Source: a virus | Lineage: Duplodnaviria > Caudoviricetes | DNA: 64,000 bases | Strand: one strand, 5' to 3' | IMG/VR virus record: IMGVR_UViG_3300042549_001429 | Coordinates: 933-64,932 of that record | Shown: positions 58,489-64,000 of the stretch, piece by piece | Layout of the letters: every line of letters begins with the position of its first letter | Position numbering within the stretch: position 1 is the stretch's first letter | Program-made: the position numbers and the translations under genes | The notes under the pieces: model-generated | The model's input: only the letters and a program-made list of their open reading frames with translations | What the model was told of the DNA's origin: nothing | Database searches by the model: none

Positions 58489-59580
58489 CTAGGCTTGGAA
58501 CCTGAGCACCTCACTCTCACTGAACCACTCACCGCAACCACTACAGTGGTAGTTCGAGAACCCGTCATGCTCCAAGTCATGGAAGCACTCCACACACACA
58601 GGCTTCTCATTGAGTACATCAAAGTCGCAGTCATCGCAGTCATCATCAATGAAGTCTAGCAAACTCAATTGGTATTTGTTAGCCACATACTTTGTCTCCT
58701 TCAAGTCCTCCTCCTCGTAGTACCATGCCCTGCTTGTCTCCTGAATATACGAAGTGTGAAACATCTCACCCGCACTCGTCTCCTTGATATTGAAGTAAAT
58801 CCAACAGGTCAAAGACTTACCCTTCACAACAATTGGCACCTGCTTTCTCCTGTACCAAGTCGGGTGACCCTCCAACCTGTCAAGGTTTGCCAACACCGTA
58901 CCACTCACCTTGAACACGTCCACCTCCACATTGTAACCTTTTCCACTCTCGTCAATCAAGTAGGGAAGTCCCCTGATTATAAGCGGATACTTGTTTAAGG
59001 TCTTGCCCTTACCCACGTGCTTGGAACTTGTCAGGTAGCGATTGTAATTGTTGTAGCCCTTCTTGAGCGTACCATACACCGCAACCAAGTTATCCTCCAA
59101 CACATTGTCTTTGCTGTACCACACACCGTCACGCTGTGTCCACAACTCTTTGTTGTAAATCTGATACGTCCTGCTGTGCGTGTTGATAGTCACGAACCTG
59201 CACTCATGCTGCTCCAATTCTTTTTTCCACTTGTGGCGGGGCACTCTCCCGAGGCTCTCAGCCAATACACGTGAGTCACTCTTGTTGACATTACCCAAGC
59301 CACGTATCGTGCCATTCATCATAAGCCACTCATGCTTGTTGTCACCGCATCTGAATGGGTGCGTGTTCTCTTTGTTGATGGCACCCACAGTGGCGTACCT
59401 GAAGTGAGCAATGAAAGGGCGCTCTGTATCTAGCACCTTGTACTCTGCTGATTTGTGATAGGTCACCTCAAAGGTATCCAACCATATTACCCCCAAGCCA
59501 TGAGGATTGATTCGTGCTGAAGTCTTTGCGACCTCCTTGGACATTTGCTTGCCCTTCTGTTTGATAATGATTACACACAT
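58489..59580 (-). CDS. Class II glutamine amidotransferase - gamma-glutamylcyclotransferase - Zn finger fusion
   Basis: True start MCVII (Ntn Cys); NPHGLG, HFRYAT, NTHPF, MNG, SDS; then VAVYGTLKKG..LDRLEGHP; CxxC..CxxC. Confidence 0.85.
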   Translation of the reverse strand: MCVIIIKQKGKQMSKEVAKTSARINPHGLGVIWLDTFEVTYHKSAEYKVLDTERPFIAHFRYATVGAINKENTHPFRCGDNKHEWLMMNGTIRGLGNVNKSDSRVLAESLGRVPRHKWKKELEQHECRFVTINTHSRTYQIYNKELWTQRDGVWYSKDNVLEDNLVAVYGTLKKGYNNYNRYLTSSKHVGKGKTLNKYPLIIRGLPYLIDESGKGYNVEVDVFKVSGTVLANLDRLEGHPTWYRRKQVPIVVKGKSLTCWIYFNIKETSAGEMFHTSYIQETSRAWYYEEEDLKETKYVANKYQLSLLDFIDDDCDDCDFDVLNEKPVCVECFHDLEHDGFSNYHCSGCGEWFSESEVLRFQA

Positions 59581-59602
59581 AGATAGATTTGGTTTGTGGG
59601 CA

Positions 59603-59618
59603 GTGTCTTTGAAGACAC
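59603..59618. repeat. 16-bp palindromic motif copy in 5' leader of GATase gene
   Basis: GTGTCTTTGAAGACAC between promoter and start codon. Confidence 0.9.
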
Positions 59619-59646
59619 AGAACCCGATTAATAAACGAGTAATAGA

Positions 59647-59678
59647 CAAAGATAATACATAGAATGTACATATCCAAA
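59647..59678 (-). promoter_or_regulatory. Bacteroidota sigma promoter (-33 TTTG, N20, -7 TATCTTTG)
   Basis: Both consensus elements present. Confidence 0.75.
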
Positions 59679-59686
59679 TTTATTTT

Positions 59687-59848
59687 TTAGTAGACCTTCT
59701 TTGCCTTGAACTTTGAGCGCTCAAGATTCGGTCGGTCTCCAATGAATTTGTAGTAGGCTTTGTCAACCGCCTCCCACTTTGTGTGGGCTGTTACGTTCAG
59801 CACGTAGACAGTCCCGTAGTAGATTTTAAAGTAGTGTAAACTCTCCAT
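59687..59848 (-). CDS. Small early protein (53 aa, not in ORF track)
   Basis: MESLHYFKIYYG..KFKAKKVY; fills the operon gap. Confidence 0.55.
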   Translation of the reverse strand: MESLHYFKIYYGTVYVLNVTAHTKWEAVDKAYYKFIGDRPNLERSKFKAKKVY

Positions 59849-59849
59849 G

Positions 59850-60035
59850 CTATTTGATTTTAGTTAGGTTAAAAGGGATGGCATCCAAGCCATACTCAAA
59901 CGTGTAGCCCTCAGCCTCACACCTGCTAAGCAGGTCAGCGCAAGCCTCATACGTGTTGTCATCCTCAGCGAACTCGCTCAGGATTAATTGTACCTTGTAA
60001 GGTAGCGTCTCGATTACTTCAAATAAGTCTTCCAT
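59850..60035 (-). CDS. Hypothetical early protein
   Basis: DLFE..GYTFEYGLDA.PFNL. Confidence 0.65.
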   Translation of the reverse strand: MEDLFEVIETLPYKVQLILSEFAEDDNTYEACADLLSRCEAEGYTFEYGLDAIPFNLTKIK

Positions 60036-60082
60036 TTTAATTTTGTTTTGTGGAGGGTTTCAACCCCCTCGGGTTTGAAATT

Positions 60083-60131
60083 CTGTTTCGTTCTTTAGAA
60101 CTCATCAGCCCGGGCACACACCCGGGGACAG
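60083..60131 (-). ncRNA. Type III hammerhead ribozyme HH-C
   Basis: CUGUC^ CCCGGG UGUGUG CCCGGG CUGAUGA GUUC UAAA GAAC GAAA CAG; predicted cut 3' of 60127. Confidence 0.92.
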
Positions 60132-60151
60132 CCGGGAGCCGAAGCCCCCGG
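60132..60151 (-). other. C(UUCG)G hairpin immediately 5' of HH-C
   Basis: CCGGGGGC-UUCG-GCUCCCGG. Confidence 0.75.
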
Positions 60152-60155
60152 ATTA

Positions 60156-60365
60156 TTACCTACCAACCATAAACTCTTGCTCGATAGCGAAATTTTTCAG
60201 GTCACTCTTGGTGACCTCACCTATGATTAGGTGCACGTTGCTCTCCTCCGTACTCCTAGCAATGAATTGATTGGTTTTAAGCAACACGTTCCACTCATTG
60301 GCAATCTCATTTGCCTCCTGTTTTGTGCCTACAAAGTAGGTCTTCACTGAAGTAGTCTTTTCCAT
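60156..60365 (-). CDS. Hypothetical early protein
   Basis: 69 aa ORF. Confidence 0.65.
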   Translation of the reverse strand: MEKTTSVKTYFVGTKQEANEIANEWNVLLKTNQFIARSTEESNVHLIIGEVTKSDLKNFAIEQEFMVGR

Positions 60366-60370
60366 TTTGA

Positions 60371-60913
60371 TTATTGATTGATAGTTGTCAACACTCGATT
60401 GAAGTCCTCAGGTCGCACGACCACGAAGTAATTCGGTCTATACACCCCGTCCGTATCACTCTCCCACCTTCTGTAAGGCACACCCAACGCCATCAAGCCT
60501 ATCTCAATGGGCACAAGCGTGCCAAGGTCATTGCTATGCCACACCGAATACAGGGGCTTGCTATAGCCACCCTCAGGAATCCACACGCTAGACAGGTCGA
60601 ACTCAGGCTCTGCCTCAGGGATGAAGTCACCCACAAAACTTTCCACGTGCACCCACTCACCGTTCCAAGCGTGCCCGTTCAAATACCACTGCCCTTTCTT
60701 TTGCACTATGCTCACGTCAGGGATGCCGTTCAACCGCTCCTTTGTTGTTGGAGTAGGCCAACCCGCATTGGTTATCCAAAGGCCGTCCGTCCTGAACTCA
60801 GCAATTGAATGGCCATGCAGCCAAATAGTTCGGCCATCCGTCCACGTGTTGCCGATTCGTCTGTACTCGTTGCGCAAAAAAGCGCTCACAATTTTTTCAG
60901 TTACTTGTCTCAT
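60371..60913 (-). CDS. Hypothetical early protein
   Basis: LHGHSIA..GWPTPTTKERLN motif recalled from phage early proteins. Confidence 0.7.
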   Translation of the reverse strand: MRQVTEKIVSAFLRNEYRRIGNTWTDGRTIWLHGHSIAEFRTDGLWITNAGWPTPTTKERLNGIPDVSIVQKKGQWYLNGHAWNGEWVHVESFVGDFIPEAEPEFDLSSVWIPEGGYSKPLYSVWHSNDLGTLVPIEIGLMALGVPYRRWESDTDGVYRPNYFVVVRPEDFNRVLTTINQ

Positions 60914-60917
60914 TTTG

Positions 60918-61112
60918 TTATTGGTTTTTGGTTGCTGAATAAATTCTTAATCCGTTTACTTTTTGCACGCTCACTTGGAACTTGCTGTGAATAGCCTCAA
61001 GGCTTGCCTTGTACTTTGCCACCTGCTCGGGGGTCAAGTAAAGCAGGCGGTCGATTACGTCCTGAACTATCTCAGCACGCTCATTGATTGGGTCTTGGTC
61101 TTTGGTTTGCAT
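60918..61112 (-). CDS. Hypothetical early protein
   Basis: Start moved to MQTKDQ, downstream of HH-B. Confidence 0.6.
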   Translation of the reverse strand: MQTKDQDPINERAEIVQDVIDRLLYLTPEQVAKYKASLEAIHSKFQVSVQKVNGLRIYSATKNQ

Positions 61113-61136
61113 AAAATAAAATTTGAAATGTGGTTT

Positions 61137-61187
61137 GCTGTTTCGTTCTTTTGAACTCATCAGGGAGGGCACTCACCCACCGACAGC
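61137..61187 (-). ncRNA. Type III hammerhead ribozyme HH-B
   Basis: GCUGUC^ GGUGGG UGAGUG CCCUCC CUGAUGA GUUC AAAA GAAC GAAA CAGC; predicted cut 3' of 61182. Confidence 0.9.
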
Positions 61188-61188
61188 A

Positions 61189-61204
61189 GTGTCTTTGAAG
61201 ACAC
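61189..61204. repeat. 16-bp palindromic motif copy 5' of HH-B
   Basis: GTGTCTTTGAAGACAC. Confidence 0.9.
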
Positions 61205-61215
61205 CACTGCCACGC

Positions 61216-61434
61216 CTAGAACCTCTCAGGCTTGTTGCGCTCGGGCTTGCTGAAAAGCAGCACCCCCGCAACAAAAAGCAGGGATAACTCAGCCAAGAAA
61301 AACACAGCCAAGTAAAGCAGGCTAATAAAATTGAACTCAGGTAAATCCTGCACAAGGGCAACACTAACTCTGAAGAGGGACACAGCCACAAAAATGTAGC
61401 AAAGGGTAAGGGTAATTTTCTCGAACTTTTTCAT
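61216..61434 (-). CDS. Small 2-TM membrane protein flanked by two hammerheads
   Basis: Two long hydrophobic segments. Confidence 0.65.
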   Translation of the reverse strand: MKKFEKITLTLCYIFVAVSLFRVSVALVQDLPEFNFISLLYLAVFFLAELSLLFVAGVLLFSKPERNKPERF

Positions 61435-61458
61435 TGTAATATGGTTTTAAATTGGTTT

Positions 61459-61510
61459 GCTGTTTCGCCCTTTGGGGCTCATCAGGCGGGGCAACACACC
61501 CCGCTACAGC
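61459..61510 (-). ncRNA. Type III hammerhead ribozyme HH-A
   Basis: GCUGUA^ GCGGGG UGUGUUG CCCCGC CUGAUGA GCCC CAAA GGGC GAAA CAGC; predicted cut 3' of 61505. Confidence 0.92.
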
Positions 61511-61532
61511 GGAGGGGGATTGAGCCCCCTCC
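61511..61532 (-). other. GC-rich hairpin immediately 5' of HH-A
   Basis: GGAGGGGG-CUCAAU-CCCCCUCC. Confidence 0.75.
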
Positions 61533-61539
61533 CTTTGCA

Positions 61540-62400
61540 TTACCGCAGGAATCCTCGGATGCTATCGCCCTCCTCGCCTGTGTTTATGTAGGCTTGGAAC
61601 GCCTTTGCTAGTTTTAGCACCTCCTCAGCCTTTTGGGCGTCCCCGTTGTACATGGAAAGGATAACAGGGCGCACACGCTTGATAAATGAATCGAAAGAGC
61701 CTGTGGGATTATTTACCGAAAAGTCAACCAAGTGGTAAAACAATTCGTAGCGTCTCATTACCTGCTTTACGCTCTCAAAGCGGGACGGCAAGCGGAACTC
61801 AAGGCAAGAGCCCTTCACCAAGGCAACTTGGTAGCGGTCACCGTAGTGCAACGGGTCTAGGCGCTTGTTGCTCCCGCAGTACCTGTTTGTTAGCCTGTTT
61901 CTGAAGAGGGCAAGCACCACGCCTGCATTTTTGCGCACCTTGCAAAGTAAATCCGTCCCATCCAAGCCCTCGCAGGCAATTGTGATGTGACCCCCGCAAC
62001 GTCTATCTGAGGGGCTGTAGCGGTCATCAATGATTTTTTCCGCTTTGTAAATCATATCGTACACCTTTGTCCTCCATTGCCCCGCAGGGAGCAAAGGGAG
62101 CACATGGGTCACCGCCTCATAGCCGCAGGATGCATCCCGCTCAAAGCCGCAAAACAATTCGTACTCCCGCACCGCATTGCGGCTCAATTGATTTTTCTCA
62201 ATTTCAAAGCCTATGGTGAACCTTGAGGCGTATTCGACCCCGTCAAACTTTATGGCTTTTTGGTCGGCTTTTTTAAGCCCCGCAACGTCCACGCTGTATT
62301 TGGACTTATTCAAAAACAAGGGCTGTGGCTTTCTGTGATAGCCCGCTACTTCGCCTCTTTCTAGTTCGCCTGTGATTTTGTACTCGATACCTTTTTGCAT
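61540..62400 (-). CDS. Putative amidoligase (COOH-NH2 ligase)
   Basis: IGFEIE..RDAS..YEAVT..CGGHI..LEFR motif order. Confidence 0.75.
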   Translation of the reverse strand: MQKGIEYKITGELERGEVAGYHRKPQPLFLNKSKYSVDVAGLKKADQKAIKFDGVEYASRFTIGFEIEKNQLSRNAVREYELFCGFERDASCGYEAVTHVLPLLPAGQWRTKVYDMIYKAEKIIDDRYSPSDRRCGGHITIACEGLDGTDLLCKVRKNAGVVLALFRNRLTNRYCGSNKRLDPLHYGDRYQVALVKGSCLEFRLPSRFESVKQVMRRYELFYHLVDFSVNNPTGSFDSFIKRVRPVILSMYNGDAQKAEEVLKLAKAFQAYINTGEEGDSIRGFLR

Positions 62401-62417
62401 GATTTCTGTGGTTTAAA

Positions 62418-62433
62418 GTGTCTTTGAAGACAC
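62418..62433. repeat. 16-bp palindromic motif copy, intergenic
   Basis: GTGTCTTTGAAGACAC. Confidence 0.9.
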
Positions 62434-62437
62434 AGGA

Positions 62438-63106
62438 TTAAAGTTGATTATTTTGAGAATTTTGATTATTGATTGAACGATACAGGAACTCGATTGCATC
62501 CACTACAGCGGAACTTTCGCCCCCTGTGATTTTTACACGTCCTTCAGTGTCTACTTTTACGCTTAGGCTTTGCCCGTCTACTTTGTAGGATAAGGAAAGA
62601 ACCACCTGTGAACGTGTTTCGACCTGTGGGGCGTTCTCTTCGCCTTCGCCTTCACCTTCACCGCCTTCACCTTGTCCACCGCCTTCAGGGGCATTTTCCA
62701 CCTGCTTTGCAAACTTCAAAAGTCCTTCTAGCGACCTGTTTGGCTCTTCGCCTTGCGCCTCCAATTCATCGCATTTTGCTTTGAACGTGTCAACAACTTC
62801 ATCCTTCAACTTGGATGCCTTCACTACTTTGTAGAAAAAGGATTTTTGCCACCCGAAGACCTTCAAGCCTATTTGCTCATTAGTCCACGAAATGCCTTCT
62901 TCAGCGCAAAGCCTTTGCCCGTCCTCAGAGCCGAACCACTGCACCACCGACCCAACCAACTTGGAAAGGGTCAATGTCTGTTCAAACTTCTTTTTCTTGG
63001 CGTTGGTGATAGTACGCTGCACCGCCCTTATTTCCTGTAGGTTCAAAGCCTGTTTGACCTGTGGGAGGCTAAGGAAAGCCTGTTCGATTGATAGTAAATT
63101 ACTCAT
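62438..63106 (-). CDS. First early gene, hypothetical (possible HTH; G/E linker)
   Basis: 222 aa; WTNEQIGLKVFGWQKSFFYKVV helix-turn-helix-like segment. Confidence 0.65.
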   Translation of the reverse strand: MSNLLSIEQAFLSLPQVKQALNLQEIRAVQRTITNAKKKKFEQTLTLSKLVGSVVQWFGSEDGQRLCAEEGISWTNEQIGLKVFGWQKSFFYKVVKASKLKDEVVDTFKAKCDELEAQGEEPNRSLEGLLKFAKQVENAPEGGGQGEGGEGEGEGEENAPQVETRSQVVLSLSYKVDGQSLSVKVDTEGRVKITGGESSAVVDAIEFLYRSINNQNSQNNQL

Positions 63107-63157
63107 TTTTAATGGTTTATGTGGTTGAATAGGTCAATTGTCCGTCAATTGCCTGTA

Positions 63158-63187
63158 CAAATATAGTCAAAATCTAATTGCTCCAAA
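63158..63187 (-). promoter_or_regulatory. Early Bacteroidota sigma promoter (-33 TTTG, N18, -7 TATATTTG)
   Basis: Both consensus elements at the head of the minus-strand operon. Confidence 0.75.
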
Positions 63188-63332
63188 CTTTTTTTCTGTT
63201 TTTGTTTAATTCTAGTATAAATCTTTTTAGCCTCAGGGCTTTACGGGAGGCACAAAGGGGCTGTTTTGTTTATGTCTACAGACTACAGGAGGGGGGCAAA
63301 GCCCTTTCTCTTTGCCTGTGGGCTCTTTGTTA

Positions 63333-63348
63333 GTGTCTTTGAAGACAC
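63333..63348. repeat. 16-bp palindromic motif copy in non-coding region
   Basis: GTGTCTTTGAAGACAC. Confidence 0.9.
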
Positions 63349-63351
63349 AAA

Positions 63352-63423
63352 GGGGGCGCAACGGGCGCAACAAAGGGAGGGAGGGGCGCAATACGGGGCG
63401 CAATACAGGGCAACGGGGGGCGC
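63352..63423 (+). repeat. GC-rich short repeats (GGGCGCAA x4 plus variants)
   Basis: GGGCGCAAC, GGGCGCAAC, GGGGCGCAATAC x2, GGGGCAAC, GGGGGGCGC. Confidence 0.7.
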
Positions 63424-63645
63424 TTTACGTCCTGAGGGGGTGCTGCGGTGCTACAGCCATGGCAAAAAGGCAAAAAATCCTGAGGGGCGGAGGCAAAACG
63501 TACCCCCACCCCTCGAAAAAAAAGTCGTTTTCGGACACGGGCTGTCTTCACCAAACCGCTATATAGCCCAAACACTCCGGGTATCTGATAATTTTTTTAT
63601 CTTTACCCTGAAATATTTCGTTTACTGTTTTAAAACAAAAAGATT

Positions 63646-63879
63646 ATGAAACTAAATTTGAAGAACTCGATTTACTCTAAGGGCTACACGATGGGTAGTG
63701 GCTTAGATGTAGAGAAGGGTCGGTTGATTAACAATCGTCCTGATGGCATGACGGGCATTGCTAAGGCTGCCGAGGTAAAGAAAGCAATGAAGCAAGCTGA
63801 GAAGGTGAGCATGATTGCTGATGGTGTTAGTTTAGGATACCTTAAAGCAGAGATACTTGAGGGTCCTGAAAAGATGTAG
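63646..63879 (+). CDS. Hypothetical protein
   Basis: 77 aa; followed by a terminator. Confidence 0.65.
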   Translation: MKLNLKNSIYSKGYTMGSGLDVEKGRLINNRPDGMTGIAKAAEVKKAMKQAEKVSMIADGVSLGYLKAEILEGPEKM

Positions 63880-63901
63880 TGTTTTGGGTTTATTGGTTAG
63901 T

Positions 63902-63937
63902 AAAAGGGAGGCTTAGTTTTAGGTCTCCTTTTCTTTT
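63902..63937 (+). terminator. Intrinsic (possibly bidirectional) terminator
   Basis: AAAAGGGAGGCTTA-GTTT-TAGGTCTCCTTTTCTTTT. Confidence 0.7.
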
Positions 63938-63947
63938 ATGCTATTAT

Positions 63948-63985
63948 CGACATTTCTAACACAGTTTTATGTCGTTTTTATGTCG
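63948..63985. repeat. Second ATGTCG iteron cluster
   Basis: Inverted CGACAT at 63948; ATGTCG at 63969 and 63980. Confidence 0.55.
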
Positions 63986-64000
63986 TTTTTATTTTTATAA

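Noticed and set aside
58356-58659. ORFs 58356-58649(-) and 58459-58659(+)
   Set aside because: Shadow frames overlapping the GATase-GGCT gene and hammerhead HH-D
61113-61391. N-terminal extension of ORF 60918-61172 and ORF 61173-61391
   Set aside because: They run through ribozyme HH-B and the palindrome; better starts exist at 61112 and 61434
54683-63348. Palindromic repeats as a CRISPR or mini-array
   Set aside because: The repeat is only 16 bp, spacing is 0.9-3.8 kb and irregular, and there are no cas genes
63266-63649. Three overlapping ORFs in the GC-rich region
   Set aside because: Non-ATG starts and repeat-derived low-complexity translations; more likely non-coding
1-64000. Stop-codon reassignment, tRNAs, introns/inteins, integrase, DGR reverse transcriptase
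   Set aside because: Long genes are intact in the standard code, and none of these elements was recognisable by eye (not verified with tools)

Overview
This window holds most of a lytic, podovirus-type dsDNA phage genome with a crAss-like virion gene set. The host is probably Bacteroidota, judged from TAnnTTTG promoters and A-rich leaders with no Shine-Dalgarno. The + strand (1-47.3 kb) carries GroEL/GroES, small basic proteins, a lysis cassette, tail fibres, terminase, portal, scaffold, major capsid, ring/muzzle and ejection proteins. The - strand (47.3-63.1 kb) carries nucleases, an SF2 helicase, a primase-helicase, SSB, an exonuclease/Sak pair and early genes (amidoligase, GATase-GGCT). 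Five non-standard signals stand out. (1) Four type III hammerhead ribozymes sit between genes of the early operon, each behind a stop codon plus a hairpin; one can be sequestered by an alternative fold. (2) A PAS/coiled-coil/2TM protein lies between the holin and the endolysin. (3) At least 11 copies of a 16-bp palindrome (GTGTCTTYRAAGACAC) are scattered genome-wide, including inside genes. (4) An H-type pseudoknot precedes the SSB gene. (5) ATGTCG iterons phased at 11 bp occur at two loci. Product calls come from motif recognition by eye, not database searches.
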